From the IMG/VR virus record IMGVR_UViG_3300043446_005562, positions 124,001-188,000 of that record: a DNA stretch of 64,000 bases, one strand, 5' to 3'. The notes under the pieces were generated by a model. That model had not been told where the DNA came from. It ran no database searches and worked only from the letters and a program-made list of their open reading frames with translations. This document shows, in pieces, positions 45,950 through 56,282 of this stretch. Position numbers and translations under genes: made by a program. Numbering within the stretch: position 1 is the first letter of the stretch; every line of letters begins with the position of its first letter.

Positions 45950-46746
45950 TTGCCCTTGGCAATTATGACATCGGTACTAAGTGCATTACCCATACCTATT
46001 TGTACAGCGTTTGTTGCTGCACCCGCTCCGCCTGGAGCCTTTGAATCAATTATTGCTGCAAGCTGAGTTAATAGAGCCTTTAACGGCTCGCCAAGTACAG
46101 CTGAGTGCTTTGTACCGTCCTTGCCTACCTGTACTCGGCCGCCCAAGAGCTTAATCATTGGGCTGTCAACCGTCACAGCCGACCCGGTTGTAACATTGAC
46201 TTGGGAATTTGCATTGATTCGAATAATATTGTTCTCGAAAGAGATTTGAGACTGGTGATCCTTATGCTCAATTAAGATATTTGAGGTTTTATTGTCAATT
46301 CGAATGAACGATTTCTTTAGCTCCATTTGTAGACCAATCTCACGATCAAACCAAAATCTAATCTGCTCATCGCCGTCAAACAGGATAAAATGAGCCCCTT
46401 CGTATTTTGCACCGCCCTTTTTAAGTTCTTCCTTGATATCCTCGCCGACCTCCTGGGGTTGCATGTACTCGGGTGAATAGATATCGCCATGATTGAACTT
46501 TACTTGCACAACCGCACCGACCTTGGGTATTGATAATGAACCGCCTCTAGCGTGCTTACCAAAGAACATTGGCTTGTTGGCAGGTACCGCCCATGGTAAA
46601 TCTTCTACTGCAATATCATCAAACAGCGAAAAAACTCGAATTCGACAGCGACCCTCAAATTTCGGGTCCATAATGTCTTCCACCTTTCCAAGGTATACAT
46701 CTGAAAATTCTTCAGACTCAGCGTTTGTTTTAATTGAAGTTGCCAT
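45946..46746 (-). CDS. Baseplate central spike, gp5/VgrG-like OB-fold (no lysozyme domain)
   Basis: GKVEDIMDPKFEGRCRIRV, LPWA, IPKVGAVVQVKF, followed by beta-strand repeats. Confidence 0.8.
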   Translation of the reverse strand: MATSIKTNAESEEFSDVYLGKVEDIMDPKFEGRCRIRVFSLFDDIAVEDLPWAVPANKPMFFGKHARGGSLSIPKVGAVVQVKFNHGDIYSPEYMQPQEVGEDIKEELKKGGAKYEGAHFILFDGDEQIRFWFDREIGLQMELKKSFIRIDNKTSNILIEHKDHQSQISFENNIIRINANSQVNVTTGSAVTVDSPMIKLLGGRVQVGKDGTKHSAVLGEPLKALLTQLAAIIDSKAPGGAGAATNAVQIGMGNALSTDVIIAKGN

Positions 46747-46778
46747 ACTCTATTTTATACTCTAGATTTATTGATTGG

Positions 46779-47993
46779 TTATGGATAAACATCACCAAGG
46801 TTACCCAACACAATTGGAGTTTCTTCAGGATTGGGCAGCGCTCGCGTGCCGGTTAGATCAGCGATCGGCGGGCCGACTGGCGCCTGTCTACCTGTGATTG
46901 ATGCTCCAAACTTATTGATTGCTCCGCTTATTCCATTCAGGCCGCCTTCCTCATACACATTACCTAACGCGGTGCCCTCTATGCCAGTCTGTATGTCATT
47001 CAGCACAGAACCTGCGATTGCGCCAGGCAGTCTAGTGATAGAACTTAGCACATTACTCAATCGATTGCTCAGTGCATTAAAAGCGCCCGTTAATAAACCC
47101 GACTTGTGTACATCATTTGCCTCTGACGCGGGTACCGCAACCTGTTCAACCCAACCAACATTTACCTTGAAGCTAGGCGAAAATGGCTTGTCCTCAGTAG
47201 AGGCTTTAAATTCAGTCTGGCCGGTTCCACCCAAGAATTCAGCAAAATCAAATTCGCACTGTTTGAGTCTAAATCTAATTGTTTTTAGACCCCTTACTAG
47301 ATTTTTACTGGAATCGTATTGATAAAAATCATTTTCGGTATCGCTGAACAGCCCCTTTGTGCCGTGATCAACGATATCCCGAATCTCAATCAACCAAATT
47401 TCCATGTCAAACCAGCGCAAGTTATCCGGCAGACGATACGCTAATCTGTCGTTATCGTATACCGCATACCTGTAATTTTCAGCAATATCGGTTAGAGGTT
47501 GTCTAATTGATTCCAGACAGTTAAAGGTCAGAGTTGCCTTTTTGTTTCCTTCTTTTACACGATGAGTGGTTTTCCATAAATCGGAGATTCCTTGCACTGA
47601 CTGAAAATACCATGGCGAAGACTGCAGATCAAGCAGGCCGGTAATGCAGTTTGCAAGGCACAGGCTTGGCGTAAGATTTGAACCAATCGTGGCTGGGACC
47701 GTGTAGCCCCCGTAATAGTCTGTGAGCCATTGGTATGCAGAGTACTCAACCAGTCTGTTGGTTGGGCCGTTATCGGGCTCCTCTATGAATCTATCGGCTG
47801 AGATATTTGACTCTGTGCCAAACAGCGCAGCTGGCCCCATTAATAAATTATCATTGTAAATACCGTCGTTTTGAAAGGTTGTTCTGACTGGAAAAAAGTC
47901 AAGATGAAAAGTCAAAAAGACCGGATCGTTAAAATCCGCAACTGACGATTTTATAAAACTATCTACTTTGGTTGGTTGGCCGAATCTTCTCAT
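46779..47993 (-). CDS. Probable baseplate/tail-tube-associated structural protein
   Basis: Position within the baseplate operon; beta-rich pattern suggestive of a tube-like fold. Confidence 0.45.
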   Translation of the reverse strand: MRRFGQPTKVDSFIKSSVADFNDPVFLTFHLDFFPVRTTFQNDGIYNDNLLMGPAALFGTESNISADRFIEEPDNGPTNRLVEYSAYQWLTDYYGGYTVPATIGSNLTPSLCLANCITGLLDLQSSPWYFQSVQGISDLWKTTHRVKEGNKKATLTFNCLESIRQPLTDIAENYRYAVYDNDRLAYRLPDNLRWFDMEIWLIEIRDIVDHGTKGLFSDTENDFYQYDSSKNLVRGLKTIRFRLKQCEFDFAEFLGGTGQTEFKASTEDKPFSPSFKVNVGWVEQVAVPASEANDVHKSGLLTGAFNALSNRLSNVLSSITRLPGAIAGSVLNDIQTGIEGTALGNVYEEGGLNGISGAINKFGASITGRQAPVGPPIADLTGTRALPNPEETPIVLGNLGDVYP

Positions 47994-47995
47994 TT

Positions 47996-49528
47996 TTATG
48001 TACCTTTAATTTCATTTTTTGGACTTGGTAATAACCAGTGGCGTCTGGCCAAGTACATGGTTGTTTCAAACTCGCCATCATTGTATGCATAGTTAACAGA
48101 AGACACATAGTAAAAACCCGTCAAGGCCTTGTCTAAAAAATGAGAATCTGCGTAACTATCATAAGCGTCATTACCGCTACTAATTTCATTTTTCTGGTCG
48201 ATTACATCGCCTAATTCGCGTCTTGCCTTGGCCGCGGCCATTGCGGCTTCTCTCTCCAGAAAGATTGCAACAGCCACCCTTGAACCCCGCAGTACTGTCG
48301 TGTTAAATCCGCTCAATTTTATCTTGAGCTGGTTTTTGTAGGTCTCCTTTAGGTTATGATCATTTAATAAATTAGCGTATTTGTACTCAGCGTGAGCATT
48401 GCCGTAATCAACACCCTTCCACACGCCGACGACCGTATCCGAATTGGAATATTCGTCAATCGTAACGGTTTGCGGCGCGGTGCCGTCATTGCCGGGTAAA
48501 GTTATTAGGGGCTCGACCGGATGATTTATGAAATTCACATCGTCCGATTTGGAATTGGGTGAATCGTTACCGCCGTGATCGTACCAATAGATCTCCTTCT
48601 TTAAACTGTTTTCTAAAAGTATTTCACCGTGATTGCTGATCATTGAAAAGTCTTTGATGAATGTCTCGGAACCCTTTAATTGTCGATAGTTGCTAAGCAC
48701 CAAATCAACCTCAGCATCGTTCGCCTCCTCCTTATCCAATTCAACCCTGGTCTTGTTGATTGCGTTTTGCACAAGCGCAATGACTGTTGTGTCGGTCTCC
48801 GGATCCTGCGAAAACATTTTTTCTACGTTTATGAAGTTTAGAGTGTAGTATCGATCTATGAAACAGTCAAAGAAAGATTCTTCGCCCGAATACGCCATTT
48901 TTTTGACGTGATTTATGAAAGATTTGTAAGAGTAGTTTGGCATCAGCCAGGTCATTTCGTCCTTAGTATCTTCCGGTTGATTGTCTGCAAAGCCCAACTG
49001 CAATTCATCAGCCACTTTTTTTAGAGTTGCAAGTGAAGTTGATTTTGAGAATGATTTTGAGAATTGACCGTTTAGTTTTGGCACATGGAGCTCACCGCTA
49101 ATCGTGTAGACTGAGGTGTTGCTGCCAGGTAGAGAGATTGAATTTATTGAGGTAATTATGTAGTCGCCGGAAAAACTTTTTAGCTTTGAGTGTTGAGATT
49201 GAATGTAAACGCTCGCAATAATGTTGGTTAGAGGATAACCGCCCGCACCAAACACAGAATTTTCATCAATTAGGGTAATTGAAACCCTAGGCACAAGCTC
49301 ATCATACCAAACGCTAAGGCTCTTTATCATGTCTTCGGACAGGAGTAGTGTTCCCAATTTAACGATGGGTCTCATCAAACCCTTTCGCTGAGCAAATCCG
49401 GTCGGGCTAAGATTCTTGCTGAAAAGAAGACGACCGTCTTCGTTCTTTAGAGTATCGGTATCCAGCACAGTGATGAGGCTGGGCGTGATCTTTGGAGTTG
49501 ATCTAATTAAAATTTTATCAACAGCCAT
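47996..49528 (-). CDS. Probable baseplate hub protein (gp27-like)
   Basis: SITLID, SKSFSKSTSLATLKKVA, FFDCFID..YTLNFINV, C-terminal LTGFYYVSSVNY...TTMYLAR typical of hub proteins; lies next to the gp5 and gp53 homologs. Confidence 0.6.
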   Translation of the reverse strand: MAVDKILIRSTPKITPSLITVLDTDTLKNEDGRLLFSKNLSPTGFAQRKGLMRPIVKLGTLLLSEDMIKSLSVWYDELVPRVSITLIDENSVFGAGGYPLTNIIASVYIQSQHSKLKSFSGDYIITSINSISLPGSNTSVYTISGELHVPKLNGQFSKSFSKSTSLATLKKVADELQLGFADNQPEDTKDEMTWLMPNYSYKSFINHVKKMAYSGEESFFDCFIDRYYTLNFINVEKMFSQDPETDTTVIALVQNAINKTRVELDKEEANDAEVDLVLSNYRQLKGSETFIKDFSMISNHGEILLENSLKKEIYWYDHGGNDSPNSKSDDVNFINHPVEPLITLPGNDGTAPQTVTIDEYSNSDTVVGVWKGVDYGNAHAEYKYANLLNDHNLKETYKNQLKIKLSGFNTTVLRGSRVAVAIFLEREAAMAAAKARRELGDVIDQKNEISSGNDAYDSYADSHFLDKALTGFYYVSSVNYAYNDGEFETTMYLARRHWLLPSPKNEIKGT

Positions 49529-49530
49529 GG

Positions 49531-50112
49531 TTATTTAGCGTTTTTATTTTTAATCAAGGTCTCCATTAACTTTGCTCTCGAAATTGGAATTGCACAATCC
49601 TCCTTTTTAACCGAAGTCACATCCGCGCCAAACACAATTTTTCCATTTGCAATTTTAACGCTGGCATCAAGCGCAACGTTTGGAGCAACTGGCGGAACCG
49701 AGCCGGCCTTATTGAGCAGAAACTCGACTCTGCGCTTGTCCTTTTTCTTGGTTGGATTGAGCTTAACGTTTGATGCCTTTTTTCGAGCGGGATACTCTGC
49801 GAGTTTAGGCTTTGCCCCAAATTTAAGAATGGTCTCGCCGTCGGGTATTCTGATGACATCTCCGATATTTAGAGAAAATGGATTGGAATAGCCATTGTAT
49901 TTTAAAATCAGGTCCGCAAAATCCGTTCTCTGATAAAAAATATTTGAAATAAGATCAGGTCTCATGCAAGTATCCTCAGTAACAATATAGGCCTTACCGC
50001 CATTTATTCGGATATTGAGATAGGCCACCGCTCTGCGAATGAGATCAATGACAGTATCGCCATTTGATTTTGTATAAGTATCCTTGTTTAGTAGAGAAGT
50101 TAAATTAAGCAT
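49531..50112 (-). CDS. Baseplate wedge protein with LysM-like domain (gp53-like)
   Basis: RPDLISNIFY...DLILKYNGYSNPFSLNIGDVIRIP. Confidence 0.75.
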   Translation of the reverse strand: MLNLTSLLNKDTYTKSNGDTVIDLIRRAVAYLNIRINGGKAYIVTEDTCMRPDLISNIFYQRTDFADLILKYNGYSNPFSLNIGDVIRIPDGETILKFGAKPKLAEYPARKKASNVKLNPTKKKDKRRVEFLLNKAGSVPPVAPNVALDASVKIANGKIVFGADVTSVKKEDCAIPISRAKLMETLIKNKNAK

Positions 50113-50121
50113 GCCAATTAA

Positions 50122-52137
50122 TTATTGTTTATGTTGACGTCTATCGTAGTACATGTACAGGATAGAATCATTTATTTTAGCAGGGTTTAATGGATCCTGC
50201 TTAGCCTGATCGGTTGCATTGCCCGCGTATCCGTACGCGCGTCTAACCCTATCCCTGTATTTTTCAAAGGTGCCTCCGCCCAAACCTTTCTTGATTGATT
50301 CAATCTCGTCCGATGTAAATTGTTTTGTCAATTGAGCGTACATTGTATTGTTGCTCTCTCCAAAACTATCGTCAGCTGAAGAAAATCCTCTGAGTTTTGA
50401 GTCCATCATTTTGGTTTCGCCCAAGTTGAACATTCTTTCAATTGCAACCTTGTCCCTGGGCTTGCCCTGTTTTAGCTTCACATCGAAAGTTACGCCGGTC
50501 GGAAAATCGTCTGGGCCCATCTCTTCATCGAACGCCATATCACAGCCTGTACACACCAGGTCGCCCATTACCATTATTGGATTTAGTGGATTGCCCACGA
50601 CCAGGTGCCATTCACCGACCGGTCTGTCTGATTGGGCCGCCTTAATTGACAAGAGATTGGGTACAGCATTAGCTAATTCTGCAATCGCGGCAGTCTGTGC
50701 GACTCGAAGAGCCTTCTCCTTTAGTTTTGTAGGGTCGCCCTTTGCAGCATCCTTTGCAATTGCCAAACCCTCTGAGGCTGTTGCCTTGAGCGCGTCCATT
50801 ACTTTGGATGAAAGCGCCATGATATCAGCAGTATTGTCCCCAGTAAAGCTTGTTGCCCAGCTTGTTAAGATATCTCCAATCTGTTGAGTTGTCGTCTGAT
50901 CAAATTTAACACCAAGTCTTGGGAAATAACGCCCCAGTTGGCCTAAAAATTCGGCGTCATTATAGGTTAAGTTTAAAAATGAAGCAATTAGGTCAAGCGC
51001 AACTATTTTTGGGCTTAATCCGCTGAACGATCTAAACGAATAGTGAAATTTAATAGTGAACGGCGTGCTCCAACCGTCTTGCATGCCGCGTTCTCGTCTG
51101 GTGGTCTGGTGTATCCGATTGACTGGTCCGTATATTCTGTTCCAATAAGGGCCGCTTGTTGTGTATAGATTTTTAAGGTATTCCTGCATTTTGCCCTCCA
51201 TTCCACTAAGCTCCTGTAATTGTTTGTCATTGCCAGCCAAGCCAACTCCAATTTTCTTTAATTGTTCGCCCAGTTTTTCCAAACCCTTTATTTTTGAAAA
51301 TGCTCCAGCCAAATCGTCAACCGTTACCTCATTACCCGTAATGGTTTGTTCGCTTACAGTAAGGTCTCCCCATTTAAGATTCCACTTCATTACGCCGATT
51401 GAAGACAGCTTATTATCGGTGCCGTCTCCCCACCAGGTCACAGCCTGTGCAACCGGAATGAGAGCCCTTTGCCCACCGGCTATCCTGAGCTGATCCTCAA
51501 CTGGAAATGGGTATCTACGTAGGGTTATTAAACGATTATTTGGAATTTTTCCGTAGTTTTTACAGAACATAAAATCCGTCATTGAATAGGGCTGAAAACC
51601 CATCACCGATTGGCTGGACTGCTCTGCACCCCATTTGATGATATTAGCCGCGGTCGGATTTGCAAGAGTCGAGGCATTCCTAACCAAAAAATTAGCAGCG
51701 TCCTGTTTTTTCTGTTCAATTGCGGTTAGGGCATCCTGGATTGTTTGTTTTGATTTGGCTATATCAGCGTCAACCGATTGGCCGGCCGTGCTTTTTTTAC
51801 CCAAGGTTCTTAAATTCTGTTTTTCCCTAATGATCCTATCCTGAATCTTTTGATTCTGCTGCTGGTTGAATTCATCAGCTGTTTTGGTGTTTTTGGCATG
51901 GTAGCCGATAAAATGAGCAGCCGGCTCGTATGAGGAACCGTTAATGAATTTGGAATACTTAAAAATTGAGAATTTATTGAAAATGGACTCAGCTGCATTC
52001 TCAGTAATTGAGGCTTCCGGATTACCTTCCGCAATTTTTGCAGCAATTTCATCAAGGCTACTTACGTCCTTGAGGAATTCCAAGTACTGTGTACCTGCGA
52101 ATGCGCGTTCAACTGTTAAACCAGCCTGTGATGCCAT
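50122..52137 (-). CDS. Probable baseplate tail-tube cap/initiator (gp48/gp54-like)
   Basis: C-terminal GDLVCTGCDMAFD...DDFPTGVTFDVKL pattern; first gene of the baseplate operon after the late box at 52159-52167. Confidence 0.5.
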   Translation of the reverse strand: MASQAGLTVERAFAGTQYLEFLKDVSSLDEIAAKIAEGNPEASITENAAESIFNKFSIFKYSKFINGSSYEPAAHFIGYHAKNTKTADEFNQQQNQKIQDRIIREKQNLRTLGKKSTAGQSVDADIAKSKQTIQDALTAIEQKKQDAANFLVRNASTLANPTAANIIKWGAEQSSQSVMGFQPYSMTDFMFCKNYGKIPNNRLITLRRYPFPVEDQLRIAGGQRALIPVAQAVTWWGDGTDNKLSSIGVMKWNLKWGDLTVSEQTITGNEVTVDDLAGAFSKIKGLEKLGEQLKKIGVGLAGNDKQLQELSGMEGKMQEYLKNLYTTSGPYWNRIYGPVNRIHQTTRRERGMQDGWSTPFTIKFHYSFRSFSGLSPKIVALDLIASFLNLTYNDAEFLGQLGRYFPRLGVKFDQTTTQQIGDILTSWATSFTGDNTADIMALSSKVMDALKATASEGLAIAKDAAKGDPTKLKEKALRVAQTAAIAELANAVPNLLSIKAAQSDRPVGEWHLVVGNPLNPIMVMGDLVCTGCDMAFDEEMGPDDFPTGVTFDVKLKQGKPRDKVAIERMFNLGETKMMDSKLRGFSSADDSFGESNNTMYAQLTKQFTSDEIESIKKGLGGGTFEKYRDRVRRAYGYAGNATDQAKQDPLNPAKINDSILYMYYDRRQHKQ

Positions 52138-52203
52138 TAATTATCCGGTTATTTCTTATTATTTATCAACGCGGATGAGAGTTACGAAAATAGGAATCTG
52201 AGC

Positions 52204-52659
52204 CTAGGAATAGGGATCAAGGTCCCGATTGGGAATATTCTTCCAGCGTTTTTCAGCATTACCGGTACCTCCTCTTGCAAGCTGAACCTCCTCAGCCGTG
52301 TCCTTTATGAATCTAAGAGCGCCCTCGTAATCGCCATCCGTTAACATATCATCAACCATGCCAGCGGCTGCCTCTGAAAGCTTGACCCTATAGACAACTG
52401 GATGGCGCTGATCATTAAATCTGCACCGCATTATCATCATGTTCAGGTTTCCACCAAACGCCTTTTTATCTGGGTCGTCCTTGCCGCTAACGTCGCTTAG
52501 ACCAAGACCGTGAAGTCTGTCCAGGTTCTGTGATCTAGCTAGGGAAGGTTCCTTGATAAAGGACTCTATGCCGTTACAGTCGGCGATACCGTAATACCAA
52601 TGAGATTCGCCAGTACCACGTGACTCGTTGAATGATTTGAATGAATTTGCGTACTTCAT
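52204..52659 (-). CDS. Hypothetical late protein with CTS-like leader
   Basis: MKYANSFKSFNES; late box at 52681-52689. Confidence 0.65.
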   Translation of the reverse strand: MKYANSFKSFNESRGTGESHWYYGIADCNGIESFIKEPSLARSQNLDRLHGLGLSDVSGKDDPDKKAFGGNLNMMIMRCRFNDQRHPVVYRVKLSEAAAGMVDDMLTDGDYEGALRFIKDTAEEVQLARGGTGNAEKRWKNIPNRDLDPYS

Positions 52660-52745
52660 AAGGTTAAAATTATTATACCTTTATTTATTCTGGTCAGGAT
52701 TACCCGTTTATGGTATAATATAATTAAGATTAAATGTTCAATTCT

Positions 52746-53297
52746 ATGAAAAAAATATTCATTCTACTAGTTTCATTATCATCTATCTTCACTACTAGCT
52801 TTGCTCAAAGTATTGAAAATGCAATTATCAAACAAATCAATCAACTAAGACTTCAAAAAGGCGGCCCAGATAGCGGATTATCGCCATTTGTTAGAAATTC
52901 TGCGCTGGATTCCGCGGCAATGTACCACGCACGATGGGTCGTTGCAAGTGGTCTTAGGAGTCATACTGAAACTCGAGAGGCTGGGTCAATAAAGCCTCTG
53001 CCTGGCTTTTGGGATAGATCTGCAAAATATGGTGCAACTTCAATTGCGGAAAATTTAATTCAATACTGTCAGTACGTCAAATCGGGCGAGACAGTTGATA
53101 CATTCAAGACTGCAACCGTTGCGTTTACTTCTTGGAAAAACTCGCCGGGTCACTTGGCTAATATGTTAATAACAATGCCCAAGCAGGTTCAGGCTAGAAT
53201 AGGTCTTGCGATTGTACCTTATTCTGATGGAAATTACTTTTGTATCGTAATGGTGGTTGGCGCAAATATTGATACAAATGGCCAATTAATTAAGTAG
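52746..53297 (+). CDS. Secreted CAP/SCP-domain protein
   Basis: Signal peptide MKKIFILL...SFA|Q; INQLR, AAMYHA, AENL, WKNSPGHLANML; TGGTCA-N17-TATAAT upstream (52691-52719). Confidence 0.82.
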   Translation: MKKIFILLVSLSSIFTTSFAQSIENAIIKQINQLRLQKGGPDSGLSPFVRNSALDSAAMYHARWVVASGLRSHTETREAGSIKPLPGFWDRSAKYGATSIAENLIQYCQYVKSGETVDTFKTATVAFTSWKNSPGHLANMLITMPKQVQARIGLAIVPYSDGNYFCIVMVVGANIDTNGQLIK

Positions 53298-54435
53298 TCT
53301 TTCCAGGAGAACACACCGACGAGATTGAGAAACTTGTTCCAGCAAGAGGTGAGAATACTCGAATTGTTAAATTGTCAAGATCAAAGCCTTTAGTTATCGC
53401 GAATGTAAAATTTACATTTTTTGCGCCCTGTTGATTTGGACCCGGCTGAACCTCAAATCTATTATTTACATATCCTCCATTTTTAGCCAGAGCAGTTTCG
53501 ACAGTCAATTTACCCCCGACTGCTGCAATCTCCTTGTTTATTGCATCCTTTAGGCCTGGACATTTTGCCGGATCATTCAATTCCTTTTCAAAATCTCTAT
53601 ATCGCGGGTCCGACGCATCGATTGTTGAATTTTTTCCAGTGGTCGCATCGTATACTGTTGTTCGAGTGGTTGATCCCAACCATGGGCTTAGGAATTCGGT
53701 TTCCTTATATTTAAAATACACCATATCCGGAACAGTCATTGGATCAAATGTTAAAGTTACAAGGTTTCCAACTGGGACGACCACAATCTGATCTTGATTG
53801 TATCCAACGTAATTGTTTGACTGATTCGCCTGGCCACCCTGTCGAGAGGCTGGCTTCATGTTGCACGTAATTTTTTGATTGTCCGGAATCGCATCGCCTG
53901 TTTGAGTTAGTGACATCGACACATATTGATATTTCTTGCGTTCTTCATCTGACGCATTTGCCTCACCTCCTGAATTTGGCCGAGAGACCTGTTTAATTTC
54001 AATCTTCTTTTTTAATTCTTCAGGTGAACAGCCTAGCCTTTCACAAAAATAAGAAACAGTAATTGACTCAAGCGTTTTTAATCTGGCTTGGCAAAGAGCC
54101 GCATTTCCATTGCCTGTGATTTGATAGCCGGCTGCCTGCAATTTAGCCTTAAGGTCTTGACCGAGTCCAAGTTTAGAAGTTGACGCAACCAGTGTAAGAG
54201 TGGTCTTTTGATTCAAGTATTTAGGGACGCGAATTAAACCAATAGGTTTATTCAAATCTGTTTTTAGTTGAGTCAGAGATGCTGCTGGAATGTCAGCTTG
54301 TTCATATTTACCTGATTCAAAATTAAAATTAAATTTTACTTCAGCACTCAAATCTCCAGGATTTGCTGCAGAAGAGTCTTCATTCAAAACATCCTTTAAA
54401 AATCCTAAAAAGTTTTTTATTATCGGGTCATTCAT
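53290..54435 (-). CDS. Hypothetical late protein with CTS-like leader and possible OmpA-like domain
   Basis: MNDPIIKNFLGFLKDVLNED; FNFESGKY...LVASTS...NAALCQARL resembles an OmpA_C pattern; late box at 54457-54465. Confidence 0.55.
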   Translation of the reverse strand: MNDPIIKNFLGFLKDVLNEDSSAANPGDLSAEVKFNFNFESGKYEQADIPAASLTQLKTDLNKPIGLIRVPKYLNQKTTLTLVASTSKLGLGQDLKAKLQAAGYQITGNGNAALCQARLKTLESITVSYFCERLGCSPEELKKKIEIKQVSRPNSGGEANASDEERKKYQYVSMSLTQTGDAIPDNQKITCNMKPASRQGGQANQSNNYVGYNQDQIVVVPVGNLVTLTFDPMTVPDMVYFKYKETEFLSPWLGSTTRTTVYDATTGKNSTIDASDPRYRDFEKELNDPAKCPGLKDAINKEIAAVGGKLTVETALAKNGGYVNNRFEVQPGPNQQGAKNVNFTFAITKGFDLDNLTIRVFSPLAGTSFSISSVCSPGKTT

Positions 54436-54522
54436 GATTGGCTTAGTATATTTGAATTATTTATCTTGCCAGCTGACAAGTTTATAGGTATATTATAATT
54501 AAGCAACTAAAAGCTATACGAT

Positions 54523-54966
54523 ATGAAAAAGTTAATGTTAATTGCACTAAGTCTCATAAGCCTAAACGCCGGAGCACAAAACCTTAAAAAGTTCTACAGA
54601 GTCGAATTAGACACAATCCAGCACATCAACTGGAGTCCAACCTTGACTCTTGATCAGGCACTGTCCCTGAATATGGTTAAGTACCCCTACTACTGGACCG
54701 ATCATGTGGTTTGGGAATTCGACCTTGTTAAAATGACCGCTACTTGGATCGGTGGTCCATCACAAAAAGTATTCACCATCCGCAAAGCCTCAAATCAGAA
54801 TGGAGTTTTAAGATTTGAAGTAGGTAATGAGAGCGCAACCGGCTGGGTGGATAGTTTCAAAACTCTCGCAAACGGTCAAATTCTATTAACTAGCGAAAAT
54901 GTTGATCTTGTGAATGGCATGAAGGACGGAAGCTTTACACGTAATGTCAAACTTACCAGCAAATAA
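54523..54966 (+). CDS. Secreted hypothetical protein
   Basis: Signal peptide MKKLMLIALSLISLNAGA|Q; beta-rich; TTGCCA-N17-TATATT upstream (54466-54494). Confidence 0.65.
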   Translation: MKKLMLIALSLISLNAGAQNLKKFYRVELDTIQHINWSPTLTLDQALSLNMVKYPYYWTDHVVWEFDLVKMTATWIGGPSQKVFTIRKASNQNGVLRFEVGNESATGWVDSFKTLANGQILLTSENVDLVNGMKDGSFTRNVKLTSK

Positions 54967-54983
54967 TCAAAACAGGCTAAACG

Positions 54984-55015
54984 AAAAAAGGAGGACTTGA
55001 TCCTCCTTTTTTTTT
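54984..55015. terminator. Bidirectional terminator
   Basis: AAAAAAGGAGGA-cttga-TCCTCCTTTTTTTTT between convergent genes. Confidence 0.88.
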
Positions 55016-55031
55016 GTATAATTGAATACGG

Positions 55032-55637
55032 TTAAGCCGTTGCAAGATTCGATAAACCGGCCTTAGTCAATTGCTCCTTCCAAATTATTGGAAAATTCTT
55101 GTTCCACTCAGCAACTCGACCTTTTCTATCCAGCTTGTCGCTGTCATTTAAAACGGAATACATGTTCTTAAGAGCCGTAACTTCAAGATTGGTATCGCCG
55201 GCTGCTTGCATAGCGTTCATTTGTTCAAGCGAGTAGGCTTTTTTCCAACCCAGTTTTGCGTGAAGTTCTAATGCATCTTCCACCGAATCTAAAATCATTC
55301 TGCCGAACATTTTTTTACCTGGATTATTTGGATCATTGCTCACAACCGGCTGAGCCGCTTGACTAGGCATAATCTTTTTAAGAGCCGCTTGCATTGAGGC
55401 CTGATCTTTACTAGCGCCGGTGTCGGTAACGGATCCCTCAGTTGCGTCCCAATAGGCATACATGCTGTGTGCTTTATCATCAGCGAATGGATACTTATAG
55501 GCAACTCCATTTGATTTTAGAGTGTAACCCTCAGGTTTTGCGCCCGGACCAGAAGTGCCGGCTGTTGCTGCTGGATTTGTTGGTGCGGCCGCTGCTTCCT
55601 CGTTCAACCACTGTGTATAACCTTTAATAATTTTCAT
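55032..55637 (-). CDS. Hypothetical late protein with CTS-like leader
   Basis: MKIIKGYTQWLNEE followed by an Ala/Pro linker; late box at 55661-55669. Confidence 0.65.
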   Translation of the reverse strand: MKIIKGYTQWLNEEAAAAPTNPAATAGTSGPGAKPEGYTLKSNGVAYKYPFADDKAHSMYAYWDATEGSVTDTGASKDQASMQAALKKIMPSQAAQPVVSNDPNNPGKKMFGRMILDSVEDALELHAKLGWKKAYSLEQMNAMQAAGDTNLEVTALKNMYSVLNDSDKLDRKGRVAEWNKNFPIIWKEQLTKAGLSNLATA

Positions 55638-55674
55638 AGAGTCTGTTTCTTTTTGTAATATTATTTATCTCTGC

Positions 55675-56007
55675 CTAGTTGACAAGTCGTCTTTCCTGAA
55701 TACGGTTCCAGCGATTAAATCGATTCACAGCAAGGCCGGAAAACCATTTACTCCGCCTGTTCTCGTTAACCTGATCAATTTTTTCCAAATTATCAACGTA
55801 GAGACCAGGCACAGTCTGGATTCTTTCACCATGTAACTCGATAGGCGTGTCCAGCTCAATCTCAATTCGAAAAACACCGGGTTCATAGGCATGTTGGTAT
55901 ACCTCGCTAACGGTTGCAGTTGCACCGTCTATTTCTTGAAATAGTGCGTTTTGCATCTCTTCAGCTTCCGCTCTAACGATTACTCTGTCCCCGATTCTAA
56001 ATTTCAT
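55675..56007 (-). CDS. Hypothetical protein (SH3/KOW-like N-terminus)
   Basis: MKFRIGDRVIV...ATVSEV; ATGA coupling to the upstream gene. Confidence 0.55.
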   Translation of the reverse strand: MKFRIGDRVIVRAEAEEMQNALFQEIDGATATVSEVYQHAYEPGVFRIEIELDTPIELHGERIQTVPGLYVDNLEKIDQVNENRRSKWFSGLAVNRFNRWNRIQERRLVN

Positions 56008-56282
56008 ACTGGCAATTTTGTGATTTTTAAGGTTAACTCGCCTGACCCCTTAATTAGTCGGTGCCACTCGTGTCTATTAATATTTATTGCGTGATCTATT
56101 GCAAAAGGCAAGCGATCTTCAAGCTGAATTTGCCAGTCAGTTTCGCCGACCGGCTCAATGACTCTAGACTCATCGTCTCGGTGCCACATAAGCTCAATCG
56201 GATCCAGGGTCTCATCGAATGTTCGAATGACCTGATTTTGGGAAATTAGAGTTTCGGAGTAGGGTAGTTTTACGGAGACCAT
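56004..56282 (-). CDS. Small cupin-like protein
   Basis: ELMWHRD...WQIQL...HEWHRLIKG; TAATG coupling to the upstream gene. Confidence 0.6.
   Translation of the reverse strand: MVSVKLPYSETLISQNQVIRTFDETLDPIELMWHRDDESRVIEPVGETDWQIQLEDRLPFAIDHAININRHEWHRLIKGSGELTLKITKLPV

Noticed and set aside
46493-51844. Several 60-180 aa + strand ORFs over the baseplate genes (and similar short overlaps elsewhere)
   Set aside because: They are fully antisense to well-supported genes, with no promoter, leader or recognisable motifs.
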